DNA of 64,000 bases from an uncultured Clostridia bacterium (GTDB lineage Bacteria > Bacillota > Clostridia > Christensenellales > UBA1242): the NCBI GenBank assembly GCA_947649575.1, contig CANSRZ010000002.1:68049-132048 (forward strand). The letters are read 5' to 3'. Under the pieces are notes generated by a model. The model ran no database searches. It had not been told where the DNA came from and was given only the letters and a program-made list of their open reading frames with translations. Below, one piece after another: positions 8,385 through 18,996 of the stretch. A program made the translations under genes and the position numbers. Within the stretch, counting starts at the first letter, position 1, and the number at the start of each line of letters is the position of its first letter.

Positions 8385-11300
8385 CTATTTGCTAGCCTTT
8401 TCAATTTCTTTGACTATTGAACTGATAACTGCCGTTGGATTATGCCACCAATCACGGCTCCAAACGCGCATAACTTTCCAGCCTTTTGATTTCAAGAATT
8501 GATTTCTAAACACATCGCGCTCTAAAACTGAATTTGACGATTTTGTCACTTCCTCATCGGTTTCAATTCCTAAAAGATATTTATCCTTTTTCTTGTCATA
8601 AACAGCAATAGAAATCTTGCTGTTAGAATTGCCCAAGTTAAGGTCTGTTTTATAGCCCAATTTATTAAGTTTTTCAGCAATCTGGTTTTCAATAGGAAGC
8701 AGGCTTAATAATCTTGGCTTTGTCATAACGCTTGTGCCAAAACTATTTAAAATTGTTTTAACCTCTTCTGTATTGCCATTAGAAACCGCTCTTACATAAG
8801 TCAAATAGCTACGCAAAAGTTTTGGTCCAACATGCTTAGCAGAATCAACTTTAAGTTCTTCTGGCTCTATGCTTGTAACAACATAAATTTTTTGTTTAGC
8901 ACGAGTAATTGCAACATTCAATCTATTTTCGCCACCCTCGTTTGAAAGCGAGCCAAATGTTGCATTAACTTTGCCAAACTCATTTTTAGCATATCCAATT
9001 GAGAAGATAATTATGTCACGCTCATCACCTTGAACATTTTCAAGATTCTTTACAAACAAGCTTACATCTTCACCGTTTTCAACACGATTGCATTCTTTTA
9101 AATAAAGATTTCTGAATTCAACGTCTTCAAAACATTTTTGCTCAATAAGTTCTTCAATACAGTTTTCTTGCTCAACGTTAAATGTGATGACCCCTATTGT
9201 TTCTTTATTCTTGCGGGTTTTGAAAATAGTCTTTATCAACTCGACAACACGTTTGGCTTCTGTTTCATTTCTACGATCTCTCCAAACGCCAGGCACAAGC
9301 ACTCTTTCAATCGGCTTATGTTTGATATTTTTTGAAACATTTGGAGCAATTTGCAAACTCCCAGAATAGAAAGCCTTATTTGAGAAATCAATAAGTTCCT
9401 CATTTTTACTTCTATAGTGATAAGTAATATTTGAGCTTGAATATCTTGAAACCGCCAAATCAAGCAAAGACTCCACTTCAAGCGCAGCCTGAGTTGTATA
9501 ATCAAGGTCATCTTCCACGCCTGCACCCATATAGCGTTTCATAAATGTAGTTGTTGGACGAAGCTGCTTTGCATCACCCGCAACAACAATTCGATTGCCT
9601 CTATAAATTGACGGAATAGTGTTTTCAATAAACACCTGAGAAGCCTCATCAAACAAAACTATATCAAACAAATTTCGCTTTAGTGGCAAAATTGAAGAAA
9701 CATTTTCAGGCGACAACAGCCAGCAAGGGAAAAGCTTGAAGAGATAATCACCATAAACTTCCGTTGTTTTTCTGATAGACCAGAAGTTCTGCTTTTTTGC
9801 AATTTGATAAAGATAATCTTTGCTTGCAGTGCTTCCGTCAATCATCTTTTTATATTCTTCATTAAATGTCTGCATAGCAATTTTCTTGCTTACTTCATTC
9901 AATTGTGCTTTAAGGCTAACAACTCTTGCTCTGATGTTTTCAAAGTCAACAGTGGCAGACAAAATGCTGTGTTTTTCCTCCTCACACTTAACAATTTCGT
10001 GATAAATTCTAACAGGCAAAACTGCTTTAAGCACTGCCATAAATTTAGGGAAAGTGCTTCCGTTTTCATAAGCAAAATCAAGCACATACTTTTGATTTTC
10101 ATCCAAGTTTTTAAGAATTCTGTTTGTGTCGCTAAGTTTAACATAATTTTCAACCGCCCACAAAAGCAAGCGTAAAATTTGATTATTGCCGTTAAGCAAG
10201 CCCTCAACTGCAAGAAGATATCCACTTTCTGTTAAAATATTTTGCAAGAAAGTGTAATCTTGAAGATATTCGTCAACCGCTTGCAAGGTTTCTTTAACCT
10301 CTTTTTTAACAATGCTTTCTTTTCTAAGCATATTGATTTTAGCAAACGGATAAAGTGGAAAAACAAAACAACTTGTTTTCAAAAAGTTTTCTTGCTTTGG
10401 ATATTCATATTTAGCAATCAATTTGATAAGAGCGTTGCTGTTTATATCGTTTTTAACTTCGTTATAATATGTCAAAACCTGTCTTGCATATTTGTATTTT
10501 TGCGTGTCGAACAATGCTCGTCTTGAAGCAAACAATCTTTGAAGTTTAGCCTGAGATTCAGCCACAACATGCACGCTTAAATTTTCTTTCAAGGCGTCAA
10601 CAAAAGGATTTTTCTTTTTCTCTTCAACAAAGTTGAAATAAAGTTCTGCCTTATTTTTCTCTTCCAATATACTGAGTGCCGAAACAAGCTCTTGATAATT
10701 TAAAGACATGATTTTTTTGTCTTTTTGCATTTCTTTATAAAGTGCATATTCTGTGCTTTTCTTGCCAATCTTATAAGAATTGTAATACATTTCTTGAAGT
10801 GAAAGCCCGAACTCTGTTTTTTCATTCAAGCAGTTTGAAATAGTATTAAGGTTTTCTATTTCATAATTTAAACGCTTTTCAAGGTCAACATATTCTTTAT
10901 ACAACTTTTCATCATAAGAAGATTTCATCACTTTTTCATGAAAGTCTTGACAACGCTTATAAAATTCGTGCTTCTCTTTCTCGGCGTCAACAATAAACAT
11001 TGCCTTTTCGTTAAGATTTGAAAGACGATTATAAACAACTTCCAATGCCGCTTTCTTTTGAGAAACAACAAGCACTTTTTTGTTCTTGCAAATAGCATCC
11101 GCAATCACATTAACAATTGTTTGGCTCTTTCCTGTTCCAGGAGGTCCATAAATCACCATATTGCCTTTCTCGTTAACATTTCTCACAACTTGCTCTTGCG
11201 CATAGTCAACGTTATTGATAAGGAACAAATCATTGCATTTGGTCTGTTTATGCTTGATTTTGCCTGCATTTAAAAGTTCATTGATAGAATCATTTGTAAG

Positions 11301-12137
11301 ATGTTTCTTTTCAAGCGCTGAGTAATCTTGATAAATGGAGTTTGCCAAACTGCATCTTGAAAGCAAACATAAATTTTTAACTTCAAGAGTATTTGCCGTT
11401 CCTGGCTCGCCAAATTTATTGAATGAATAAAGTTTTTTGTCGTTTTTATAAGCTATCTTTATGCCAAATTCTTTAAGATAGTCAATCAAGCCTTGGATAG
11501 AGCCAAATCTTGCTTTGATTGAAGAAAACTCCATTTCCATATCTTGTAAATTGAGGTGCTTGCTGTTTGCAATTGCAAGCATAAGCGCTTTATTAAGTTG
11601 GATTTGCTCGCCATATTTCAAGCAAATATTGATATTAGAGTCATCCAAAACATCAATCTCAACAGGGAACATCAACAGCGGAGCTTTGAATGCCAAATCG
11701 CGCACATTGCCATACACAAAAGGATAGCACAAGAATAGTTCATATCTGCCTGTTTCTTTTTCAATCTCTTCAATTTCACGTTTAAGGGTTTTTAAGTTAT
11801 TGCCCTCTTGCTCGTAAACTTTTTTGATAAAATTACGTTTTTCATTTTCATATTTTTGCTTTTCACTATCATCGCTGAAAGTTTTGGCAGGATATTTTGC
11901 AGAAACATTGTTTGCGCTTGCAATCAAATCTTTCATGCTTTTGCTGAAAATGTTGAAAGGAACTGACTTTCCACTCATTAAGATATCCAAAAATTCATCA
12001 GTTTTTTCACCGTTGCAAAACAAAATACGACCTATGTCATAGCCGTTTTTCTTGTTAAAACTTTTCAGATAAAGGCTTCTGTTTTTTCCGCTTATTTCAA
12101 TAAGTCTTTCTTTGTAATATGTATAAATACTTTTCAT
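8385..12137 (-). CDS. Large SF1 (Upf1-like) helicase with DUF4011-like N-terminus and C-terminal Vsr/DUF559-like PD-(D/E)xK nuclease module (Hhe-like)
   Basis: 1250 aa. Motifs: YGPPGTGKSQT (Walker A), FDEASQ, YHYRS, VQGDERD, RLNVAITRAK. C-terminus: ISIAVYD..LGIETDE..RDVFRNQFLKSKGWKVMRVWSRDWW. RBS is GAGG 7 nt upstream. Confidence 0.85.
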   Translation of the reverse strand: MKSIYTYYKERLIEISGKNRSLYLKSFNKKNGYDIGRILFCNGEKTDEFLDILMSGKSVPFNIFSKSMKDLIASANNVSAKYPAKTFSDDSEKQKYENEKRNFIKKVYEQEGNNLKTLKREIEEIEKETGRYELFLCYPFVYGNVRDLAFKAPLLMFPVEIDVLDDSNINICLKYGEQIQLNKALMLAIANSKHLNLQDMEMEFSSIKARFGSIQGLIDYLKEFGIKIAYKNDKKLYSFNKFGEPGTANTLEVKNLCLLSRCSLANSIYQDYSALEKKHLTNDSINELLNAGKIKHKQTKCNDLFLINNVDYAQEQVVRNVNEKGNMVIYGPPGTGKSQTIVNVIADAICKNKKVLVVSQKKAALEVVYNRLSNLNEKAMFIVDAEKEKHEFYKRCQDFHEKVMKSSYDEKLYKEYVDLEKRLNYEIENLNTISNCLNEKTEFGLSLQEMYYNSYKIGKKSTEYALYKEMQKDKKIMSLNYQELVSALSILEEKNKAELYFNFVEEKKKNPFVDALKENLSVHVVAESQAKLQRLFASRRALFDTQKYKYARQVLTYYNEVKNDINSNALIKLIAKYEYPKQENFLKTSCFVFPLYPFAKINMLRKESIVKKEVKETLQAVDEYLQDYTFLQNILTESGYLLAVEGLLNGNNQILRLLLWAVENYVKLSDTNRILKNLDENQKYVLDFAYENGSTFPKFMAVLKAVLPVRIYHEIVKCEEEKHSILSATVDFENIRARVVSLKAQLNEVSKKIAMQTFNEEYKKMIDGSTASKDYLYQIAKKQNFWSIRKTTEVYGDYLFKLFPCWLLSPENVSSILPLKRNLFDIVLFDEASQVFIENTIPSIYRGNRIVVAGDAKQLRPTTTFMKRYMGAGVEDDLDYTTQAALEVESLLDLAVSRYSSSNITYHYRSKNEELIDFSNKAFYSGSLQIAPNVSKNIKHKPIERVLVPGVWRDRRNETEAKRVVELIKTIFKTRKNKETIGVITFNVEQENCIEELIEQKCFEDVEFRNLYLKECNRVENGEDVSLFVKNLENVQGDERDIIIFSIGYAKNEFGKVNATFGSLSNEGGENRLNVAITRAKQKIYVVTSIEPEELKVDSAKHVGPKLLRSYLTYVRAVSNGNTEEVKTILNSFGTSVMTKPRLLSLLPIENQIAEKLNKLGYKTDLNLGNSNSKISIAVYDKKKDKYLLGIETDEEVTKSSNSVLERDVFRNQFLKSKGWKVMRVWSRDWWHNPTAVISSIVKEIEKASK

Positions 12138-12274
12138 TTTTTCAACCTCATATAAAAATTAAGATAGGCCAAAAACAGCCTATCCTAATTATAAAACAAA
12201 ATATAGAATTTTCAAAATGCTTACGCCAGTTTTTAGAAATTTTATTAATTTATAGAAAGTTAAAAATAACATAA

Positions 12275-12361
12275 AACAAAGCCTTTCGCATAAGTAAAAG
12301 ACTTTAAGAAAGGCTTTGTTTTTAGTTTTCTTTTGCTTACTTTTCTTTAAAAGAAAAGTAA
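12275..12361 (-). repeat. Composite palindromic element copy e, directly after the pflB stop (P1 + linker + intrinsic terminator)
   Basis: P1 is TTACTTTTCTTTAAAAGAAAAGTAA at 12337-12361, 7 nt after the stop. Linker GTTTTCTTTTG at 12325-12335. Terminator stem AAACAAAGCCTTTC/GAAAGGCTTTGTTT at 12275-12321. Confidence 0.8.
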
Positions 12362-12367
12362 TGTGAT

Positions 12368-14623
12368 CTAAACTTTTTCGTGGAAAGTACGAGCAATAAC
12401 TTCTTCTTGGTGAGCGCGAGATAACTTGTTAAAATTAACAGCATATCCTGACACACGGATAGTTAATGTAGGATATTTTTCAGGATTATTCATAGCGTCA
12501 ATCAACTTTTCGCGATCCAAAACATTTACATTTAAGTGCTGAGCTCCTTGTGCGAAATATCCGTCTAAAAGAGAAACTAAGTTTTTAATTCTTCCATTCT
12601 CGTCGTGTCCGAGTGCATTTGGAATAATTGAAAATGTGTTTGAAATTCCGTCTTGACAGCAGTCGCAATAAGGTATTTTTGCAACAGAGTTAAGTGAAGC
12701 AAGCGCTCCTGAATTATCTCTTCCATGCATTGGGTTAGCGCCAGGTGCAAATGCACATCCGCCTTGACGTCCGTCAGGAGTTGTGCCTGTCTTTTTGCCA
12801 TACATTACGTTTGAAGTGATTGTAAGTGCAGACAATGTATGTTTTGCGTCTCTGTAAAGTTTATGTTTCTTTAAAGCGCCAATAAAATGTTGTACAATTT
12901 CAACAGCAATTTGGTCAACGCGGTCATCATCATTGCCGTATTTTGGATAGTCGCCCTCAACCTTAAAATCAACCGCCACCCCTTGCTCGTTACGCACAGG
13001 AGTAACCTTTGCATATTTAATTGCAGAAAGTGAATCTGTTGCAACAGAAAGTCCAGCAATTCCAAAAGCCATAAGCCTTTCAACGTCAGTGTCATGAAGA
13101 GCCATTTGTCCAGCCTCATATGCATACTTGTCATGCATATAGTGGATAATGTTCATGGCGTCAACATAGGTTGAAGCAACCTTATCAAGTGTTTCAAAGT
13201 AAGATTTTTTAACTTTGTCAAAATTAAGCACCTTGTCAGTCATCTTTTTAACGCCATTAACAACAAGCTTGCCACTCTTTTCATCAACGCCCTCATTGAT
13301 TGAATAAAGCAGTGATTTTGCAAGATTGCAACGTGCGCCAAAGAACTGCATTTGTTTGCCAACTTTCATGGCAGAAACACAGCAAGCGATTGCATAATCA
13401 TTGCCATAAATAGGCTTCATAACATCGTCGCTTTCATATTGAATAGAGTCAGTCAATATAGAAATCTTAGCACAGAATTTTTTAAAGTTCATAGGAAGTT
13501 TTGTTGACCAAAGCACAGTTAAGTTTGGTTCTGGACTTGGGTCAAGGTTAACAAGTGTGTGCAAAAATCTGAATGAATTTTTTGTAACAAGACTCTTTTT
13601 GTCATCAGCCATTCCGCCAACGCTTTCTGTAACCCAAGTTGGGTCACCTGCAAAAACTTCATCATAATCAGGCGTTCTTAAATGACGAACAAGGCGAAGT
13701 TTGATAACAAATTGATCAACAAGTTCTTGTGCTTCCGCTTCAGTCATAGCTCCGTTTTCCAAATCACGTTCAACATAAATATCAAGGAAAGTTGAAGTGC
13801 GCCCCAAACTCATAGCCGCGCCGTTGTTCTCTTTGATTGCTGCCAAGTATGCAAAATATAGCCATTGGAAAGCTTCATAAGCATTTGTCGCTGGCTGAGA
13901 AATATCATAGCCATAGCTTTTGCCAAGTTCTTTAATTTCGCCAAGCGCTCTGATTTGCATAGAGATTTCTTCGCGGTGGCGGATATTCTCCTCACTAGTC
14001 ACATCAAGATGTCCCTCTGCTAAATCCTTTTTCTTTTCTTCAATAAGTCTATCAATTCCATAAAGAGCAACTCTGCGATAGTCGCCGATAATTCTTCCTC
14101 GACCATAAGCGTCTGGAAGCCCTGTCAAAAGCCCAGCCGAACGCGCTCTTCTGATTTCTGGAGTGTAAGCATCAAACACGCCGTCATTGTGAGTTTTTCT
14201 GATAGTTGTAAAAATCTCTTCAAATTTTGGAGATAACTTTTTATTATATGCTCCAAGTGCTTGCTTAGCAGTTCTAAGTCCGCCATAAAGATTAACAATC
14301 CTTTTTAAAGGTTTGTCTGTTTGAAGTCCAACAACAACTTCGTTCTTTTTATCAATATAGCCTGCCTTGAAAGAATTGATTCCTGAAATATTTTTAAGGT
14401 CAACATCCAATAGTCCTACTTGACGTTCCTTTGCCAAAAGTTTTTCACATTTAGCCCAAACTTTAGCAGTTTTTTCACTTTTGCCAGCCAAAAAGCTATC
14501 ATCTCCGCGATATTCTTTATAGTTTGAAAGTATAAAGTTTTGGACGTCAATTTTATTCTTCCAATCTTCACCTTTAAAGCCTTTCCAAGCGGCTGATTTA
14601 TCTAAAATAACTTGTTCTTTCAT
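12368..14623 (-). CDS. pflB: Formate C-acetyltransferase (pyruvate formate-lyase, glycyl radical enzyme)
   Basis: 751 aa. Active-site ACCVSAM and C-terminal glycyl-radical motif [11 protein letters not shown]. Confidence 0.95.
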   Translation of the reverse strand: MKEQVILDKSAAWKGFKGEDWKNKIDVQNFILSNYKEYRGDDSFLAGKSEKTAKVWAKCEKLLAKERQVGLLDVDLKNISGINSFKAGYIDKKNEVVVGLQTDKPLKRIVNLYGGLRTAKQALGAYNKKLSPKFEEIFTTIRKTHNDGVFDAYTPEIRRARSAGLLTGLPDAYGRGRIIGDYRRVALYGIDRLIEEKKKDLAEGHLDVTSEENIRHREEISMQIRALGEIKELGKSYGYDISQPATNAYEAFQWLYFAYLAAIKENNGAAMSLGRTSTFLDIYVERDLENGAMTEAEAQELVDQFVIKLRLVRHLRTPDYDEVFAGDPTWVTESVGGMADDKKSLVTKNSFRFLHTLVNLDPSPEPNLTVLWSTKLPMNFKKFCAKISILTDSIQYESDDVMKPIYGNDYAIACCVSAMKVGKQMQFFGARCNLAKSLLYSINEGVDEKSGKLVVNGVKKMTDKVLNFDKVKKSYFETLDKVASTYVDAMNIIHYMHDKYAYEAGQMALHDTDVERLMAFGIAGLSVATDSLSAIKYAKVTPVRNEQGVAVDFKVEGDYPKYGNDDDRVDQIAVEIVQHFIGALKKHKLYRDAKHTLSALTITSNVMYGKKTGTTPDGRQGGCAFAPGANPMHGRDNSGALASLNSVAKIPYCDCCQDGISNTFSIIPNALGHDENGRIKNLVSLLDGYFAQGAQHLNVNVLDREKLIDAMNNPEKYPTLTIRVSGYAVNFNKLSRAHQEEVIARTFHEKV

Positions 14624-14756
14624 AAATATTCTCCTTTGTGTTTTTTAGTGTGCGAACTCATTATAACACAATATATTGTTTTGTCCAAACAAAAATAGCC
14701 ATTTTAAACACAACTTTTTGAAATATTTTTAACATTGTTTATTGTTGCCAAACAAA

Positions 14757-14786
14757 AGAAAAAAGTTACATCAAATGTAACTTTTT
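14757..14786 (-). terminator. Intrinsic terminator at the end of the 327-aa lipoprotein gene
   Basis: AAAAGTTACAT-caa-ATGTAACTTTT overlapping the stop codon. Confidence 0.6.
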
Positions 14787-15768
14787 ATTGAAATCTAATG
14801 GTATTTAAAATTGTCTTTTCTAAGTTTGAATATTGAATCATATGCTCATAATCTTTATCTTTTTTCTTGCCTGCCGATTGCATAATAACGCCATTGCCTT
14901 TATCTTTGCAATCTTTGTTGACTGATGGAATGCTTTCTGCCAAAACTTTATCTTTCATGTCTTCTTCAACATCCAAATGATATCTGCAGTCTGGGCAATT
15001 TTCAAGCTCAATTTCAGCACATTCTTCACAATCTTTGTCAGAATTATCCAACACCTCTAAGCTTGTTTCTTCACAATCTTCACATTCTTTGTCACAACAA
15101 TTTTGTTCATCTTGCTTGCATTCTTCGCATTCTTTAATACATGGACTTTCGTTCTCTTCGCAGCTTTTTTCATCCTCTTCTGTCACAACATTTTCTTCAA
15201 CTTCATCGCTCTCTTCTTGCAAAGCAACTTCTTTGATTTTCAACTCGTCCATGTTTTCAAAACTTGTAGGCTCTGCTTGGCTAACCCACTCAAAATCAGC
15301 TTCAAACTTTTCTTCTCCAACAGGCAAGGAAACAACAAAATCATAAAGATCATCAAGATTTCTTCTAAGGTCAATATAAAAATTTCTGCCGTCAAACTTG
15401 CCGTCGTTGCCTCTAATAATATTAAAGCCATACATGTCTTTGGTTAGGTTGATTAAAAGTTGGTCAAAATTGAGTTCGTCAACAGTCAAAGGCTCTTGAA
15501 AAGCAAATCTCAGCCAAATGCCGTCTTCAACAGCCTCCATAGTTTTGTCGTGCAAACTAACGCCAAGCGCTGGCATAGGATAAGAGCCTTTTAAAGCAGT
15601 TGTAAAAAGCTCGTCAATCTTGCTTGCATCCTCTTGGGTTATTTCTATTTTATATCCATTATTGTATGCGTCAAACATAATCTCCTCTTTAAGTGCATCA
15701 GGCGAAGAGCAGCTGCCTGATGAAAACATTGTACAAATTGCCATGAAAGCAAATAAGATTTTTAACAT
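14785..15768 (-). CDS. Putative lipoprotein with acidic, Cys-rich (multiple CxxC) C-terminal half
   Basis: 327 aa. Signal peptide ending SSGSC. The stretch CEENESPCIKECEECKQDEQNCCDKECEDCEE...CEECAEIELENCPDCRYH sits in a Glu/Asp-rich context. Confidence 0.7.
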   Translation of the reverse strand: MLKILFAFMAICTMFSSGSCSSPDALKEEIMFDAYNNGYKIEITQEDASKIDELFTTALKGSYPMPALGVSLHDKTMEAVEDGIWLRFAFQEPLTVDELNFDQLLINLTKDMYGFNIIRGNDGKFDGRNFYIDLRRNLDDLYDFVVSLPVGEEKFEADFEWVSQAEPTSFENMDELKIKEVALQEESDEVEENVVTEEDEKSCEENESPCIKECEECKQDEQNCCDKECEDCEETSLEVLDNSDKDCEECAEIELENCPDCRYHLDVEEDMKDKVLAESIPSVNKDCKDKGNGVIMQSAGKKKDKDYEHMIQYSNLEKTILNTIRFQ

Positions 15769-15882
15769 AAATTATCTCCTTTTTACAATTGTAGTTTGAG
15801 GAGATAACTTAAAATTATGTAAACAATTTCCTACTAAATTTGTCGAAGTTTAGCAAATAATAAAAAGCATTGATAAATATTT

Positions 15883-16185
15883 TTATTTTGCTTTATCAAC
15901 ATATCTTTTTGATGGCTTAGCTCTTTTAGTTCTAACGCTATCATCCAAGAAATGCTCATCATGCATTTTTCCAGTCAAGCCTTTTAAAAACTTATGATTT
16001 GTTTTTGGATAATAGCTTTTGCATTTAGGATTCATGCAAACCCAGCGTTCTCGCCTAACCATGAAAAAAGTTTGATAGACGCCATCCCAAATAGACTTTT
16101 GAACGACTCCCTCTGGTATTTCATCTTCTGCAACCAGTGGCTGACCGCAATCCAAACAGCATTCTTTTATTTTAATTAAAGGCAT
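15883..16185 (-). CDS. Small zinc-ribbon protein, unknown function
   Basis: Start moved to ATG 16185, which has AAGGAGG upstream. CCLDCG...CMNPKC form a four-Cys ribbon. Basic C-terminus. Confidence 0.6.
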   Translation of the reverse strand: MPLIKIKECCLDCGQPLVAEDEIPEGVVQKSIWDGVYQTFFMVRRERWVCMNPKCKSYYPKTNHKFLKGLTGKMHDEHFLDDSVRTKRAKPSKRYVDKAK

Positions 16186-16285
16186 ATTATCCTCCTTATG
16201 TTGATAGTATATCACAAAGCGCAAACTTTATCAAAAAGATTTCTATATTTTAATCAAAAAAGTGGCATCATCCGCCACCTTTCTT

Positions 16286-17710
16286 TTATGCGTTATCTTC
16301 TGCTTTTGGAGTTCTTTCTTTTATAGTCTTGCCAATAAGTTGATAATCTCCGCCTGATTTTGCAACGCGATACATATAAATATTGCTGTCTTTTTCAACT
16401 TCAATTTCATTGCCATCTTTGTCAATTTCTGGCTCAAGCTCAACATCTTCAAGTCCGCCAAAGAAATACAGATATTTATCATCATAGCCAAACTCACCTG
16501 ACTGAACTGATGATAATGTTGCCAAAGTTTCAATAGTTATTTGACCTGTTGCGCTTGATGGCTTAACAGACACTCTGCTGACTGATGTTGAATTTGAGAA
16601 ATAAACTCTGTCGCCCTCAACAAACAAGATGTTACTGCATTGCTCGCTTGTTGCAAGAGGCTCACGTCTTTCAAGGGCTTGACCAAGTTTAACATAATTA
16701 AGCGTTGAACTTCCCATATAAACATAGCCTTCATCAATATCGCCTTCTGAAATGATTTTCAAGTTTGAGATTGAAGAATTATAAACAAATATGTCTTGAC
16801 CATTTTCAAAATTTTCATTTGCAGACAAATTTGCAATATTGCGATAGAAAGTTACATTTGAGTTTGCATCTGAAGTGTAAAAAACAACATCTCTGATTTT
16901 TTCAACAAACTTAACTGATTTGCCATTGCTGTCATATTTAACCTTGTTTTCGCCAGAATAATCAATGCTGTAAATTGCATTTTCAGTTGTAGTGCCAACC
17001 TCTTCAGTTGTTGTGTAAAGAATTTTGTTAAAAGAGCCGTCATTATTCACGTCAGAGAAAGCAACAGAAGAAACTTCATCAGCAACAAGTTTTGCTTTTG
17101 CTGTTTTGTTGCCAAGTTTGATTGAATATACTTGTCCAGAGAAATCTTTTTCATCAGAATAAGTTCCTGTATAGCAAAGCCAATAATATCCTTGTTCTTT
17201 GTTTCCAACAGGAGCAAACTTTGCACCTTCACCAAAATATTCTGTAGTAAAAAGTTCTTTCACACTGTCGCCATTAAGCTTGCTTCTCCAAAACGTTACA
17301 AGGGAATAATCGGTCTTGAGATTTTTATCTTTGTGCAAGTTCATAGATGTATAATATATATAGTTGCCAAGCACAAACATATCTTGATTTTGATAGCCCA
17401 TAACTTTTGAATTAACTTTTTCTACACTTGCAGGACTAAAGTCTTTGCCGTTTGGGAAAGAAACTTCATCGTTATTGATTCTTGCAAGATAAGAAATTTC
17501 ACTGTTGCCGTCATAATCAAAGTCGTTTGCATCAGAATATGCTGTATAACCATTGGCAAAATATGTGTGATTGCCAACAGTGACAGTGCTTCCTCCAGTA
17601 TAAATCATTTCTGTGTTAGGATTTGTGATATTAGGAACAGTTGCACATCCTGTTAACAGCAATGCGCATCCAAAAATTCCAACTAATAATTTTGTCAATC
17701 TTTTTTTCAT
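16286..17710 (-). CDS. Lipoprotein with repeated beta-strand-rich modules (possible beta-propeller), unknown function
   Basis: 474 aa. Lipobox LLLTGC. Recurrent ..Y(Y/F)..G..(I/V)Y.. repeats. The fold assignment is inference only. Confidence 0.65.
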   Translation of the reverse strand: MKKRLTKLLVGIFGCALLLTGCATVPNITNPNTEMIYTGGSTVTVGNHTYFANGYTAYSDANDFDYDGNSEISYLARINNDEVSFPNGKDFSPASVEKVNSKVMGYQNQDMFVLGNYIYYTSMNLHKDKNLKTDYSLVTFWRSKLNGDSVKELFTTEYFGEGAKFAPVGNKEQGYYWLCYTGTYSDEKDFSGQVYSIKLGNKTAKAKLVADEVSSVAFSDVNNDGSFNKILYTTTEEVGTTTENAIYSIDYSGENKVKYDSNGKSVKFVEKIRDVVFYTSDANSNVTFYRNIANLSANENFENGQDIFVYNSSISNLKIISEGDIDEGYVYMGSSTLNYVKLGQALERREPLATSEQCSNILFVEGDRVYFSNSTSVSRVSVKPSSATGQITIETLATLSSVQSGEFGYDDKYLYFFGGLEDVELEPEIDKDGNEIEVEKDSNIYMYRVAKSGGDYQLIGKTIKERTPKAEDNA

Positions 17711-17872
17711 AATAACTCCAAGTAAATAATTTTAGTTTTTTAGTCTGATTAAGTTTACTACAAATCAGGCATGTTTGTCAATCTTTATTTATTAAATATT
17801 AACTTTATATATAATTAATAAACATATTATAAAGCAAATTTGCTTAAAAACAGCATAAAAATCAACAATAAA

Positions 17873-18574
17873 TCAGTCCTCAGCAATCAAAACAAGTTGA
17901 TTTTCTACAATGTCGCATGAGGTCAAATAATAATTTATTCCATTTCGAACAAAGCTTTTTTTGACATTTTTATAGCCATGCAAATGCCCAAAAACAACAT
18001 CGTCAACATGATATTTTTCAAGCAATAATGAATATGCGCTGTCTTGCCTTTTAAAATTTATTGGCGGATAGTGAAGCATGCAAATAAGCTTATCTTGCTC
18101 AGTTCTCAGCTTTTCACCTGCTTGCAAAGTAAGTTCCAGCCTTATTGCTTCCCTGTCGAAAATCTTTTTATTCTCTGGCGTCATCTCGTTATCATTTTCA
18201 GGAACTTGCCAAAGCCTTGTGCCACAAACAACAAAATTGCCAAACTTTAAGGCGTCGTTTTGAATAGCATAAAACCCCTCTGGAATAAACTCACGCACAC
18301 CTGAAATTGATTTCCACCAATAATCGTGATTACCTCTGATAATAATCTTTTTGCCAGGCAAATCTTTCATTAAATCAAAGTCAGCACGCGTTTCATTCAA
18401 ATTCATAGCCCAAGAAAAATCGCCAGCGAGCAAAACAATATCTTCCTCGCCGACTTTCTCTTTCCAATCGTCAAAAATTTTGTCAACATAATTATCCCAA
18501 GCAGGTCCAAAAATGTCCATTGGCTTAGGATTATTTAAAGACAAATGTAAATCACTTATTGCCCAAACTTTCAC
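17873..18574 (-). CDS. Metallophosphoesterase (calcineurin-like)
   Basis: ISDLHLS, AGDFSWA, IRGNHDYWW, FGHLHG motifs. The likely GTG start at 18574 forms a GTGA overlap with the upstream stop. The start is uncertain (ORF track gives 18616). Confidence 0.8.
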   Translation of the reverse strand: MKVWAISDLHLSLNNPKPMDIFGPAWDNYVDKIFDDWKEKVGEEDIVLLAGDFSWAMNLNETRADFDLMKDLPGKKIIIRGNHDYWWKSISGVREFIPEGFYAIQNDALKFGNFVVCGTRLWQVPENDNEMTPENKKIFDREAIRLELTLQAGEKLRTEQDKLICMLHYPPINFKRQDSAYSLLLEKYHVDDVVFGHLHGYKNVKKSFVRNGINYYLTSCDIVENQLVLIAED

Positions 18575-18996
18575 AAGCCTGCCCTTAAAACTTCTTGAAC
18601 AAGCCTCATGTCGCATTGTCCGTTATAGTTAGCTTTGAAATGTTTCATAACATTTGGAATGCTTTTATCATCGAATCCCGCAATAATCGCAGCAATCTCT
18701 TCTCTTGATAGCATTTTAGGCAGATATTTTTCAACAATAGCAATTTGTTTTGCAAGGTTTTCAACTTGTGCAGAATTCCCTGCTTTTGAATAGTTCTCTT
18801 TTTCTTCATTCAATTCTTTAACAGCCTTGTTCAAAATATTAGAAACATCAGCGTCAGTGAGTTCTTCTGACTTTTCTCTCTTTTTGATTTGTTCAAGCAT
18901 AATTTTGTTTAAAAGCACACTGTAAATGCTTCTTGCAACAGCGTCTTTATCTTTCATCGCTTGCACATTTGCTTTTTTGATTTCGTCATGTATCAT
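18571..18996 (-). CDS. yqeY: GatB/YqeY domain protein
   Basis: 141 aa. MIHDEIKKANVQAMKDKDAVARSIYSVLLNKI and ..YLPKMLSREEI.. are typical of the YqeY family. Confidence 0.8.
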   Translation of the reverse strand: MIHDEIKKANVQAMKDKDAVARSIYSVLLNKIMLEQIKKREKSEELTDADVSNILNKAVKELNEEKENYSKAGNSAQVENLAKQIAIVEKYLPKMLSREEIAAIIAGFDDKSIPNVMKHFKANYNGQCDMRLVQEVLRAGL

